Shown: positions 7,541-17,116 of the stretch, piece after piece
Numbering within the stretch: the stretch's first letter is position 1
How the letters are laid out: every line of letters begins with the position of its first letter
Source: Desulfobulbus propionicus DSM 2032
GTDB lineage: Bacteria; Desulfobacterota; Desulfobulbia; Desulfobulbales; Desulfobulbaceae
Length of the DNA: 32,000 bases
Direction: 5' to 3'
Assembly: GCF_000186885.1 (NCBI RefSeq)
Contig: NC_014972.1
Location: forward strand, 2,580,001 to 2,612,000
The notes under the pieces: generated by a model
The model's input: the letters and a program-made list of their open reading frames with translations, nothing else
What the model was told of the DNA's origin: nothing
Databases searched by the model: none
Translations under genes and position numbers: made by a program

Positions 7541-8038
7541 GGCGCACCTCTCTGTTTTTGCCTGCGCCAGGTTCCTTGATCTGGCGAGGGTTGAACCGGA
7601 CACGTTTTCCGGCCTGATGTCTCCTTGCCGCACGCTCAATGAGCATAGAAGAATGCTCACAGAATTTCAACGTATTGCCGAAAGGAAACACCCTGGATCG
7701 GCAGCAACAACCCCTGGCGGGAAAAACCATCACGGTTGATGCAAAAACCGCGGCCGGCCGCCCTGTTCCGGCTCCCTCTTGCTCCACCATGACCAACTCC
7801 CGCGCGACGAATGGGGCTTGGCAAACTCTCCTCGCTTTTTCGCGGCAAAAATTTTACCTTTCGCCCCATTCATCTGCTGCCGGCAAGAAATCGCGTCTTT
7901 TCAGGTGGCAGCAGGCCGTGGCGCACGAGCATACGGGTTCGGCACCGACACATGCGGCATTCCCGGTCGTGCACCATCGCTGCCCCAGCCCCCCGCAAAC
8001 ATCAGGGCACCCACAACCGCAACAGGAGGACATACGGC

Positions 8039-9577
8039 ATGAGACAGGCATGTATCGCGCTCGCACTCATACTCTTTTTTTCGTCAATCGTCCGGGCAGA
8101 CATTCCGGCCACGCCGGTCATGACCTTGTATCGATTCAACGGTCCGCTCGACATCCCCTACTACGACATCGAAACCTTTCGCAGAACAGGGCCCTCGACA
8201 CCGGCAGGCTCCCTGGCCCAGGGAAGTTCAGTGGTGCCCTGCCTGGTGGTCGATGCCAATGGACCACTCACCGACCGCGAGGGCATTCCCTATGTAGGCT
8301 TCGAGGTGGTGGTCAACGCCCGCACCGCCACGCCCGCCTCGACGGCGCATTTCAAGAATGTTTCCAGAAAGCGCCAGTCCATGACCGTGGCCGACCATCA
8401 CTGCGATGCCGGGATCCGCTATGTGATGGATGTGCGCACCATTTATCCCATGGACAAGCCGCCCCTGTTCGATCCTCCCCGCCCGGCGCAACCCGGCACC
8501 GCCGCCATTCCTCCCCAGGGAGAATTGGATCGAATCGTACGCGCCTTCCACAGCTCAACGGCCTGCGCCGGCGTCAATCAACGTCTGATCAACCGCCGCA
8601 CCGCCCTGGAAGCGGCCTGGGAACGTTTCATCCGCGAACAGCAGGGGCGCTGGCCGGCCGAGGCCCTTCAGCGCGCCAAGCATCTGGACTACACCCTGCG
8701 GACCGCCATCTTCGAGGGGCACCTGGAACGCGGTTGCAATGCCTATGGGGCCTGCGAACGCAATATCATCGCCCTCTCGATCCGCAACCGTGGGCGCGAG
8801 TTGTGCACCAAACGCCACGGCTGCGCGGCGCCAGGGGATTTTCAGGGGGTTTCCTCCATGGTTTCCCAATACAACATCTGGGACGAATACCTGACCCAGG
8901 TGTCCGGGCTGACCTCCTGCTACCTTCGCGACGACCTGGCTGCGGGGAGTAGCGACAGCGCCCGCAATTACCGCAAACTGCAAAGCATGTATGCCCAGAA
9001 TCTGCCCGACGTGCAGCGGATCCTGTTTGGCGACGATCGGGATCTGGCGGCGGTCTTTCCCAACAATGCGCTCACCGATCTGAAAGAGCTGCGTCACTAT
9101 TACCATGCCCCGGCCATGGGCAAGTGCTTTCCCCGGCACAACCGGGTCGAATACATGTCCGGAGCCGTGGCCCGTAATGGCAGCCATTACGCCCTGATTG
9201 CCGGCACCCGTATTCAGGTGGACCAGGCGGCAGCAGGCGGGTATTTCTTCCACAGTTTCATGGTGCAGGAAACGCCGGCCAAAGATCTCGTCAGGATTGT
9301 CGACAACTATCCGGGCTTCGTCGTCGACGGCCGGCGCGTTTCCCTCAAGGAGAGCTCGTCCCGATGCGTCCCTTACGGCATTCCGGGCGGCTGCCGGTTC
9401 GACGAGATCGGCCGCTACCGCAAAACACCCTCCTGGGTCAACTCCGGCAAACCCCTGGAACTGCAATGCCGGATCGCTGAGCGTGGTGAACAATGCCAGG
9501 GAGAGGAAAAAAGGACCTCAGTCCGGGTGGGCGGTGTCTGCGACACCCAAATGCGGCCCTTCGCCGGGGTCGATTGA
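8039..9577 (+). CDS. Secreted Cys-rich hypothetical protein; its central region weakly resembles SleB/CwlJ-type cell-wall hydrolases
   Basis: ATG 8039 is preceded by an AGGAGGA SD. The N-terminus MRQACIALALILFFSSIVRA|DIP is a classic signal peptide. The mature protein has many Cys residues. The segment LRTAIFEGH...ERNIIALSIRNRG...GDFQGVSSMVSQYNIWD resembles the Hydrolase_2 pattern (pattern recognition only). ORF-track residues before 8039 are rejected. Confidence 0.7.
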   Translation: MRQACIALALILFFSSIVRADIPATPVMTLYRFNGPLDIPYYDIETFRRTGPSTPAGSLAQGSSVVPCLVVDANGPLTDREGIPYVGFEVVVNARTATPASTAHFKNVSRKRQSMTVADHHCDAGIRYVMDVRTIYPMDKPPLFDPPRPAQPGTAAIPPQGELDRIVRAFHSSTACAGVNQRLINRRTALEAAWERFIREQQGRWPAEALQRAKHLDYTLRTAIFEGHLERGCNAYGACERNIIALSIRNRGRELCTKRHGCAAPGDFQGVSSMVSQYNIWDEYLTQVSGLTSCYLRDDLAAGSSDSARNYRKLQSMYAQNLPDVQRILFGDDRDLAAVFPNNALTDLKELRHYYHAPAMGKCFPRHNRVEYMSGAVARNGSHYALIAGTRIQVDQAAAGGYFFHSFMVQETPAKDLVRIVDNYPGFVVDGRRVSLKESSSRCVPYGIPGGCRFDEIGRYRKTPSWVNSGKPLELQCRIAERGEQCQGEEKRTSVRVGGVCDTQMRPFAGVD

Positions 9578-9659
9578 CCCTGGAACTTGCCCCATCTCAA
9601 CAGCGAAATGTTATTTTTTCACCATGTTAGACAACCATCCCTCGTTGTGTGCCACAATA

Positions 9660-12600
9660 TTACACCAGGATTGTTCGACGAGGAGGCAGCACTGCGGCCA
9701 CAGCCTGGGCCAAGTCGCTGGTATTGACGGGTTTCATGAGAAATTGATTGATGCCGTAGTAGGTTGCCGACTGTTCACTGACGATTTCGCTGTATCCGGT
9801 GCAGAGGATGATCGGTAGGTTTTTATCGATTTGTCTGATCTCGCGGACAAGTTGCACGCCGGTCATCTCCGGCATGGTTTGATCGGTAATCAATAGATCA
9901 TAATCGCGGGGTGCGTCGGCGAACATGCGCAGAGCAGCCATACTGCTCAGGCTGGCGGTTACATGATAGCCAAGGAGCTGTAAACTCTCTTGGATAACCT
10001 CCAGGAAGAAGGCCTCGTCATCAACCAACAGCACATGCTCGCCCTTGCCCATGGGGAGCGGAGGCGGTGTGCCGCCGTTTATCGCGGCGTTTTCTTGGGT
10101 CAGGGGCAGATAGATATCAAACCGCGTACCCGCACCGATGGCGGATTCGACCTCGATCAATCCCTGATGGCTCTTGATGATCCCCAAGACCACCGCCATG
10201 CCCAGTCCGGTGCCTTCATTGACGTTTTTGGTGGTGAAATAGGGCTCGAAGATTCGTTCCCGTACCGCCGGGGACATGCCGCAACCGGTATCGATCACCT
10301 GGAGTTGGATGTACTCGCCAGCGGCAATGGTCATGGAGAAAAACTGGCGGGGAGCATCGAGAAACACTTTTTTTACATTGATGGTCAGTTGGCCGCCCTT
10401 CTCCCGCATCGCATGCAGGGCATTGGTGGCCAGGTTCATCACCACCTGATGGATCTGGGTGGAGTCACCAAGAATACGACCTGGAACCCGCTCCAGTTGG
10501 TGCCGGATGGTGATGGTGCTCGGCAGGGTCGAACTGAGCAGTTGGATGGATTCTTCAATAACCGGCACAAGGTCGAAGGGCTCCATGACCGTGGCGGTGT
10601 GGCGGCTGAAGCGCAGGATCTGTTGCACCAGATTCTTAGCCCGGTTACCCCCCTCCAGCACCCTTTGCAGGTTGTCGCGAAGTTTGGCATCCATGGCCGA
10701 ATCGGCCCGGTAGAGGGCCAGTTCGGTGTAACCGATGATTCCGCCTAAAATGTTATTGAAATCATGGGCGATTCCACCGGCCAGCGTCCCGATGGCCTCG
10801 CTCCGCTGGGCATGGATCACCTGTTTTTCGAGGGCAGCCTTTTCTTCGGCCAGGGCCAGTTCCTTGCTCAAGTTGTGGATAAAAACCCCGATGTACATCG
10901 GGTTGCTTTGCTCGTCGACCACCAGCCAGCCCTTGGCCGTCACCGGCACGAGGGTGCCGTTCTTGGTCGTGTAGGAAAAGCGGATCGGCTGATCCTGGGC
11001 AATCCCCGACTTGAAGGCGAGGATGGCCTCGACGATCCGGGCCTGGTCCGCGGAGGGGACAAATTTCCTGAAATGTTTCTGGACCATTTCCTCATGCGAG
11101 TAACCACTCTCACGCAAGAACGAGCGGTTGGCGTCCAGAATCGTCCCGTGGAAGTTGACGAGCAGGATGCCTTCCGGGTTGGTGTTGAAAAAGGAACGGA
11201 AGCGGAATTCACTCTCTCGCAAGGCAGATTCCGTTTGCTTCCATTCGGTAATGTCGCGGACAATGCACTGCAGGCAGGTCTCGCCCGAGAGGTCAACCGC
11301 GCTCATGCGCATATCCGAATAGAACAAGTCGCCATCGAGCCGTGCTTGCACCCATTCGAATTGCTGGGGCCGCCCTTGCAGTGCCTCGTGGATGTAGCCC
11401 ATGCCGTGTTCGGCAAAGGTTCGACCGTCCGGCTGGAGCGCCGGGGAGAAGAACTGCGGCGACAAGCCAACGAGCTGGTCGCGAGTTCCCCTGAACATCT
11501 CCAGGGTCTTGAGGTTGCAATCGACAACCACGTCCTCCTTGAGGATGAGAATAGCGTCGCTGCCCGCTTCAAACAGAGTTCGATAACGTCGTTCACTCTC
11601 CCTGAGCGCGAACTCGGCCAATTTTCGATTGGTGATGTCGCTATTGATGCCGGTGATCAGGAGAGGGTTGCCGTCTTTATCCCGTTCCACCACCTTGCCC
11701 CGGCTGGCGATCCACACCCAATGGCCATCGCGGTGGCGCATCCTGTACTCCGCCACATGTTGAGCATTGTCCGGTGAGGACAACAACTGTCTGAGGGTTT
11801 CGGCGGCCGCAGGATAGTCTTCGGGATGACAGAGACGGGTCCAGCTGTCGGCGGTCATGGGCAGTTCCCCGTCGTCATATCCGAGTATTTCGTACCAGCG
11901 GGGGCTGTAATAGGTGCGTGTGGTCTTGGGATAGCGCTCCCAGATGGCGTCGGTGGTGGCGGAAAAGGCGTGAGCCAGCCGCGCCTCGCTCCGACGCAAG
12001 GCCTCTTCCGCGGCTTTCTGGGCGGTGACATCCTTCAACGTGCCCAGCATACGAACCGCCGCACCCTGCTCATCGTAGAGATAGGCGCCCTCTTCGTATA
12101 CCTGATAATAGGTCTGGTCCGCCTTGCGGAAGCGATAGGTGGCTGAATACAGTGACCGATCACGGCGGGCGATCTCTATCAGACCAAGGGTCGTGGCTCG
12201 ATCATCGGGATGGATGCAGTCGACCCAGCCAGTAAACCCGTGGCTGTTGAACTCTTCCGCTGAATAACCGGTGATCTCCTTGATGCGGCCGGACCAGAAG
12301 ATGGCACCGGAAGTCACATCGTAATCGTAGATCAGTTGGCCGCTAAGTTCGGCGGTTTGCCGAAATCGCTGTTCACTGTCCCGCAGCGATTGCAGCATGG
12401 CCACCCGTTCGCTGATATCCTGAATCGCCACAGCCGCCCCGGCCTCCGGATTGTTCCGGTCGAGCGGAGCGGCAAACAGGGAGACGTGGCGCAGGGAACC
12501 ATCCTGCCGCTTGAACTGGGTTTCAACATAGCTGTTGCCCCGCTGCCAAAGCGTATCGTAGAGAGCTCGCCCTACCCGGACAAATTCTTCCTCGGTTTCG

Positions 12601-14486
12601 TACAGAAGGCGGGAGGAGCGGTTGAGCAGATCAACCGCGGCATACCCGGTGATGGTGGTCATCTGTTCGTTGACCACCTGGAATCGGCGCTCCCTGAGGA
12701 TCACCAGCCCCACTGGCACCGCCTGGAAGAGGCTGCTCAACACATTCTCGTTGCGCCGCAGTTGCTCCTCCATTTTTTTTCGTTCAGTGATGTCGATGAG
12801 CATGCTGACCGCGCAGGGTTCACCTCCTGCGTGGAACACGGCTGACGAATAGAGGATATGGCGTTCCGATCCATCCGGTGAACTGCCTATAGCCTCCTGA
12901 TTGTGGAGACTTCCCGTTGCCAGCAACAGCGCCATGTTCTCCTGGATTTTTTGGTGCTGGGAAGAGGGGATGAAATCCTCGGGCGTCTTACCCAAAATAT
13001 CGTCCCGCCGTCTGCCACCGCTCAACTGTTCATACGCCGGATTGGCATCCAGGTAGACCCCATCACGGAGGCGGTTGATGACAATGCCATAGGGGGCGTG
13101 TTCAAAAATCGCCCGCCAAGCCGATTCCCGTTCTTCCAAGGCGCGTCTGTTTTGGTTGCGTTCGGTCATATCGCGCAGCAGCACGAGCAAATGGGGCGCG
13201 CCCGCCAGCTCGAAACCATTGAAAGAGACCTCGGTTTCCAGCACACTGCTATCGGGGAGGAGAATGTCCCAATCAAAACATTGACGGCTCTGCTGCTTGG
13301 CGGCGGCAATCCATTGTTCTGTTCTTGAAACCGATGGTTGACCGTCCCTTTGCGTGGGTGGCGACAAGGCCGCAAACCCCACGCCGAGCACATCCTGCCT
13401 TGATCGCTGAAACAGGCGCAGGGCCTCATCATTGCATTCGATGACCACGCCTCCGGCCAAGAGGAGAATGGCATCGCTGGCGCTTTCAAACAACGCCCGA
13501 TAGCGCTGTTCACTGGACAGGAGTCGCTCTTCGATGGCCTTTCGTTCGGAGATGTCAATATAGACGCTCCGGACACCGACAACCTCGTCATCCACTGAAA
13601 TCGGCTGGGAGTAGACCAAAGCTGCGCCCCTGGCTCCGTCTTTGCCGATCAGGGGATACTCCGTTGGTTCCAGTTGCTGGCCCTTGAACATCAGTTGCAG
13701 ACGTTGCTTGATCTTGGGGTGTAACTGCGGCGGCGCCAGGGAGAAAAAATCGATGCCCTGGTCAAGCTCCGCCGCAGTGCGGTTAAAATGGCGCAGGGCG
13801 GTTTTGTTCGCCGACACCACGCGGCCATCACGGTCAATTTCATAGACCACCACAGGAAAGGAATCGAGCAAGTGCTGATACCGCTGCTCGCTCTTGTGCA
13901 GCTTTTGGGCGGTCTGTCGCTCCTGGAGAGCAAGACGCCCCATCTCCGCCAGCAGCTCGGCCATGATTTCCAGCCGATCGGTCAATCCGGCCAGGGCCTC
14001 ATCGCTGATCACTTGAGCTGGGGTCAGGTCATTGATTGCACCAATCGCTTCCTTTTGACGGCCCCCTTTGTCTTCCGCCCATGACTCGGTATCTGCGGCA
14101 CATCGGGAGAACATGCCGATAACAATGCTCCCCAGGTAGAGATCGTCGACCACGAGAGGGGATCCGAGGGCACTGAGGCCATTGTCGCAGGTCTGGATCG
14201 TGGTTTTTTCCCATGAAGAAGGCTGGGGCGCTAGAACCGGGTTGGCCGCCAGGCAGCTCCGCAACGAAAGGACCGAGCAGGGTGCCCCCTGCATGGTGGA
14301 GCGACAGGGGACATCCGTTGCAAAAACAATCTCACCATGCGGATCGATGAGGCAACAATCCATGTGGATGGAGGCGCTGAACCGGCGCAGAGCCGATTGC
14401 AGCCTGTGGATGGGTATCAATTGGTCAAAGGGCGGGAGCGGTTGCGGCATGGCTTTTCCTGAAAAAAGAGGAGGCACGGTTTGCAT
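9660..14486 (-). CDS. Hybrid sensor histidine kinase: PocR sensory domain + 8 PAS/PAC + HisKA + HATPase_c + C-terminal receiver
   Basis: 1608-aa ORF. The N-terminus (IHMDCCLIDPHGEIV...CDNGLSALGSPLVVDDLYLGSIVIG) resembles a PocR domain. Eight consecutive units are each introduced by S-E-x-R-(Y/F)-R and end with D-I-T-E-R-K-like PAC ends. The H-box is GIAHDFNNIL, the G-boxes are DTGCGM and GTGLGM, and the receiver is VLLVDDE...LLITDQTMPEMTG...ILCTGY. An alternative start is ATG 14450 (MPQPLPPF), which has an AGGAAA SD. Confidence 0.92.
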   Translation of the reverse strand: MQTVPPLFSGKAMPQPLPPFDQLIPIHRLQSALRRFSASIHMDCCLIDPHGEIVFATDVPCRSTMQGAPCSVLSLRSCLAANPVLAPQPSSWEKTTIQTCDNGLSALGSPLVVDDLYLGSIVIGMFSRCAADTESWAEDKGGRQKEAIGAINDLTPAQVISDEALAGLTDRLEIMAELLAEMGRLALQERQTAQKLHKSEQRYQHLLDSFPVVVYEIDRDGRVVSANKTALRHFNRTAAELDQGIDFFSLAPPQLHPKIKQRLQLMFKGQQLEPTEYPLIGKDGARGAALVYSQPISVDDEVVGVRSVYIDISERKAIEERLLSSEQRYRALFESASDAILLLAGGVVIECNDEALRLFQRSRQDVLGVGFAALSPPTQRDGQPSVSRTEQWIAAAKQQSRQCFDWDILLPDSSVLETEVSFNGFELAGAPHLLVLLRDMTERNQNRRALEERESAWRAIFEHAPYGIVINRLRDGVYLDANPAYEQLSGGRRRDDILGKTPEDFIPSSQHQKIQENMALLLATGSLHNQEAIGSSPDGSERHILYSSAVFHAGGEPCAVSMLIDITERKKMEEQLRRNENVLSSLFQAVPVGLVILRERRFQVVNEQMTTITGYAAVDLLNRSSRLLYETEEEFVRVGRALYDTLWQRGNSYVETQFKRQDGSLRHVSLFAAPLDRNNPEAGAAVAIQDISERVAMLQSLRDSEQRFRQTAELSGQLIYDYDVTSGAIFWSGRIKEITGYSAEEFNSHGFTGWVDCIHPDDRATTLGLIEIARRDRSLYSATYRFRKADQTYYQVYEEGAYLYDEQGAAVRMLGTLKDVTAQKAAEEALRRSEARLAHAFSATTDAIWERYPKTTRTYYSPRWYEILGYDDGELPMTADSWTRLCHPEDYPAAAETLRQLLSSPDNAQHVAEYRMRHRDGHWVWIASRGKVVERDKDGNPLLITGINSDITNRKLAEFALRESERRYRTLFEAGSDAILILKEDVVVDCNLKTLEMFRGTRDQLVGLSPQFFSPALQPDGRTFAEHGMGYIHEALQGRPQQFEWVQARLDGDLFYSDMRMSAVDLSGETCLQCIVRDITEWKQTESALRESEFRFRSFFNTNPEGILLVNFHGTILDANRSFLRESGYSHEEMVQKHFRKFVPSADQARIVEAILAFKSGIAQDQPIRFSYTTKNGTLVPVTAKGWLVVDEQSNPMYIGVFIHNLSKELALAEEKAALEKQVIHAQRSEAIGTLAGGIAHDFNNILGGIIGYTELALYRADSAMDAKLRDNLQRVLEGGNRAKNLVQQILRFSRHTATVMEPFDLVPVIEESIQLLSSTLPSTITIRHQLERVPGRILGDSTQIHQVVMNLATNALHAMREKGGQLTINVKKVFLDAPRQFFSMTIAAGEYIQLQVIDTGCGMSPAVRERIFEPYFTTKNVNEGTGLGMAVVLGIIKSHQGLIEVESAIGAGTRFDIYLPLTQENAAINGGTPPPLPMGKGEHVLLVDDEAFFLEVIQESLQLLGYHVTASLSSMAALRMFADAPRDYDLLITDQTMPEMTGVQLVREIRQIDKNLPIILCTGYSEIVSEQSATYYGINQFLMKPVNTSDLAQAVAAVLPPRRTILV

Positions 14487-14495
14487 GGGGCCGGA

Positions 14496-14524
14496 ATTTT
14501 ATGTGGAGCAATCGCTGTTGGCAA
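14496..14524 (-). promoter_or_regulatory. Candidate sigma-70 promoter for the hybrid kinase (TTGCCA-N17-TAAAAT)
   Basis: On the minus strand, TTGCCA lies at 14524-14519, followed by a 17-nt spacer and TAAAAT at 14501-14496. This sits 9 nt upstream of ATG 14486, and so favours the ATG 14450 start with a leader of about 40 nt. Confidence 0.35.
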
Positions 14525-14692
14525 AAATCGTTGTTTCAACTGAGGTCGATTCGGGGGCATGGGGGTATTCGGTTGGAGTCGGGATGATCTCGATCAGCAT
14601 GTTCAGTACCCCCATCGCTCACCGGTGGAGCAATCACCGTGCTTTGCATCAATACTATCAAATGTCATAGGTCGTTGACAGGCTTCATGCCG

Positions 14693-14734
14693 CCCCCCCC
14701 CTGGAAAACAACCTCGTGGCTGTTTTCCAGAGGG
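14693..14734. other. C9 homopolymer abutting a perfect 10-bp hairpin, just downstream of the mcp stop
   Basis: CCCCCCCCC at 14693-14701. CTGGAAAACA (14701-14710) and TGTTTTCCAG (14721-14730) form a 10-bp stem with a 10-nt loop. On the minus strand the hairpin is followed by G9 rather than a U-tract, so it is not a canonical intrinsic terminator. Confidence 0.5.
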
Positions 14735-14748
14735 CTGCCGCCTTGTAC

Positions 14749-16419
14749 TTACACCTTGAACTGCTTGACCAGTTGTTCCAACTGGGCGGCCAATTGCGCC
14801 AGACCCTGGGCATTGTTTTGCACCTGACCGCTGCCCTCGCCGACCTGGGCCGATTGCTGGTTGATGCCGGCGATGTCGCGGGTGATATCGGTAATCACCA
14901 CCGTGCTTTGGGCTACATTTTCGTTGACTTCGGCAATGCCTTGGGACGCCTGGGCGATGTTGCCGGCGATCTCACCGGTGGCGGCGGACTGCTCTTCCAC
15001 TGCCGTGGCGATACCATTGATCACATTGTTTATCTCGGCAATAACCGTGGAGATCTTCTCGATATCCTCCACCGTGGTGGCGGTTGTGGCCTGCATGTCA
15101 CTGATCTGGTTTTTGATATCGATGGTGGCCTCGGCGGTCTGGCGGGCCAGTTCCTTGATCTCGTTGGCCACCACCGCAAAGCCCTTGCCCGCCTCACCGG
15201 CCCGGGCCGCCTCGATGGTGGCGTTCAAAGCCAACAGATTGGTTTGCTCGGAAATCTCGGTGATGGTTTCGGTCACCCGGCCGATCTTGCGCGCCGATTC
15301 GCCCAAGGCGTTCATCTTCGCCGACGTCTGCCGCGATTGGGTGACCGCGCCCTCGGTGATGGCGCGCGCCTTTTCCGCGCTTTGCGCGATCTCGCCCACG
15401 GTGGAGGTCATCTCCTCGGTGGAGGAGGCCACCATGTTGACGTTGCTGGTCGACTGCTCCATGGCGGCCGAGACCGACTGCATGTTGGTGCTCATCTCCT
15501 CTGTGGCGGCGGCCACGGTAGCGGCCTTGTCGGAGGTGTCCTTGGCGGCGGAAGACAGTTGGCGCGACACCGCCGCCATGTCGTTGGAGGCGGCGCTCAA
15601 CTGATCGACACCGGCGATGATGTTGCGTATCATCCCCGCCACTTGGGTGGCCATGCTGTTGACCGATTTGGCCATCTGGCCGATTTCGTCCTTCTGGTCG
15701 GTAACCATGGTGTTGGTGAAATCTCCCTGGGCCATAACCTCGGCCAGGGCTGCGGCCTTGCGTATCGGCACGGTGATCGAGCGAACGAGCAGGAAGGCGA
15801 GCAACACGCTGAGGCCCAGGGCGGCGACCAGGATGATCGAAATAACCCGTACGGCGTTGCTGGCATTACTTCCGGCCTCCTGGCCTGCTTTTTGGGCCAG
15901 ATCGGTCACGAACTTATTGAATTCATCCAATGTTTTTAAGTATTCCGCCTGGATTTGACGGAAATCGCCCATCAGCAGGGTCTTGGCCTCCTGGTCTCGA
16001 TCGTTCTTCACCAGATCAAGCAAGGTTTCGAGGTGGCGGGAGAAGACCGGCCGGATGTCAGTGGCCATTTTCTTCAACATTGCCTGTGCTTGCTCATGCT
16101 TGAGGGTTTTGTCGAACTCCTCCAAAATGCCGCCGGCCATCTTGCGGGCCTCGGCGATCCGCTGGAGTTCCATATCCGCACGATTGTGGTCGTTATCGAT
16201 GAGCAGGAGGTTGCGCACGGCCCGGGCGACGATATTGATGTTGTCGATCAATCGATTGGCCTGCTCGACCTTGACCATCCGGTCGTTGACCAGCAGATGT
16301 ATGCCATCGTTCAATTCGTGAATTTCTTTGATAGCATAGCCACCCACTAGCACCATCAACACCAGCAGGACGGCAAAGCCGCAACTCAGCCGCGTTCCGA
16401 TCTTCAGATTATTTAACAT
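14749..16419 (-). CDS. Methyl-accepting chemotaxis protein (4-helix-bundle sensor, 2 TM, HAMP, MCP signalling domain)
   Basis: 556 aa with an AAGGAG SD. TM1 is [20 protein letters not shown] and TM2 is [21 protein letters not shown], followed by a HAMP domain. The highly conserved signalling tip is [35 protein letters not shown]. Confidence 0.93.
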   Translation of the reverse strand: MLNNLKIGTRLSCGFAVLLVLMVLVGGYAIKEIHELNDGIHLLVNDRMVKVEQANRLIDNINIVARAVRNLLLIDNDHNRADMELQRIAEARKMAGGILEEFDKTLKHEQAQAMLKKMATDIRPVFSRHLETLLDLVKNDRDQEAKTLLMGDFRQIQAEYLKTLDEFNKFVTDLAQKAGQEAGSNASNAVRVISIILVAALGLSVLLAFLLVRSITVPIRKAAALAEVMAQGDFTNTMVTDQKDEIGQMAKSVNSMATQVAGMIRNIIAGVDQLSAASNDMAAVSRQLSSAAKDTSDKAATVAAATEEMSTNMQSVSAAMEQSTSNVNMVASSTEEMTSTVGEIAQSAEKARAITEGAVTQSRQTSAKMNALGESARKIGRVTETITEISEQTNLLALNATIEAARAGEAGKGFAVVANEIKELARQTAEATIDIKNQISDMQATTATTVEDIEKISTVIAEINNVINGIATAVEEQSAATGEIAGNIAQASQGIAEVNENVAQSTVVITDITRDIAGINQQSAQVGEGSGQVQNNAQGLAQLAAQLEQLVKQFKV

Positions 16420-16485
16420 TATTCCACTCCTTTGTAGGTAGTTTGGGACTGGCCTGTTGATGACCGCGCTCCCGTCTTCATCAAT

Positions 16486-16508
16486 AAAAAAGGGCGAACC
16501 CTCTTTTT
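16486..16508 (-). terminator. Short hairpin with flanking A/T runs between cheW and mcp (candidate bidirectional terminator or attenuator)
   Basis: The minus strand reads AAAGAGGG-TTCG-CCCTTTTTTATT: a GGG/CCC core that A-T/G-T pairs can extend, a TTCG tetraloop and a T-run. The GC stem is short, so this is a weak call. Confidence 0.35.
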
Positions 16509-16640
16509 CCCCTGAGTTGACAGCCGCCCAATCGGTAGGCGGTTGTGGTGTCGACGCTCCCGCCCTGCAATCGTCTCATTGCCACTGCGCCGACCTTTCA
16601 CGGTTGGTTGTTGACAGACCATCTGGTCTTGTCATGCGGG

Positions 16641-17093
16641 TCAGTTGTCATCGAGGCTGAGCACCTTGTCGATGTCGAGCAGGCCGATAAGGTTGTGCTC
16701 GCGTTTGTAGACGCCGGTGAAAAAACGGCCCTGGATGCCACGCATGTTGGCGGGCGGGGGGGCCTTCTCCGTCTGCTCGACGCTGACCACGTCACTGATC
16801 CTGTGCACGAGGATACCGACCTTGTTGCCGGCGCTGTTGACGATGATCACCCGGCACAGGGAATCCGGCTCGGTGGAGCCCAGCCCCAGGCGTCGGGCCA
16901 GGTCGAGCACGGTGACGATCTGGCCCCGCAGGTTGAGGATGCCGAGCACGTCGGCCGGGGCCTGGGGCACCCGGGTGAGCTGGCTGAGTTTGTTGATCTC
17001 CTGGATCTGGTGAATTGCCATTCCGCAGAGGGCTTCGCCTACCTGAAAGGTGGCCAGTTCGACGCGGTTTTCCTGGGGGGGCGATGGGTTCAT
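16641..17093 (-). CDS. cheW: Chemotaxis coupling protein CheW
   Basis: 150 aa starting at ATG 17093 with an AAGGAG SD. ELATFQVGEALCGMAIHQIQEINKLSQLTRVPQAPADVLGILNLRGQIVTVLDL...IIVNSAGNKVGILVHRISDV is a canonical CheW fold. The ORF-track N-terminal extension to 17534 overlaps cheA and is rejected. Confidence 0.92.
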   Translation of the reverse strand: MNPSPPQENRVELATFQVGEALCGMAIHQIQEINKLSQLTRVPQAPADVLGILNLRGQIVTVLDLARRLGLGSTEPDSLCRVIIVNSAGNKVGILVHRISDVVSVEQTEKAPPPANMRGIQGRFFTGVYKREHNLIGLLDIDKVLSLDDN

Positions 17094-17116
17094 GCGTGCT
17101 CCTTGCTCCTCGGGAT

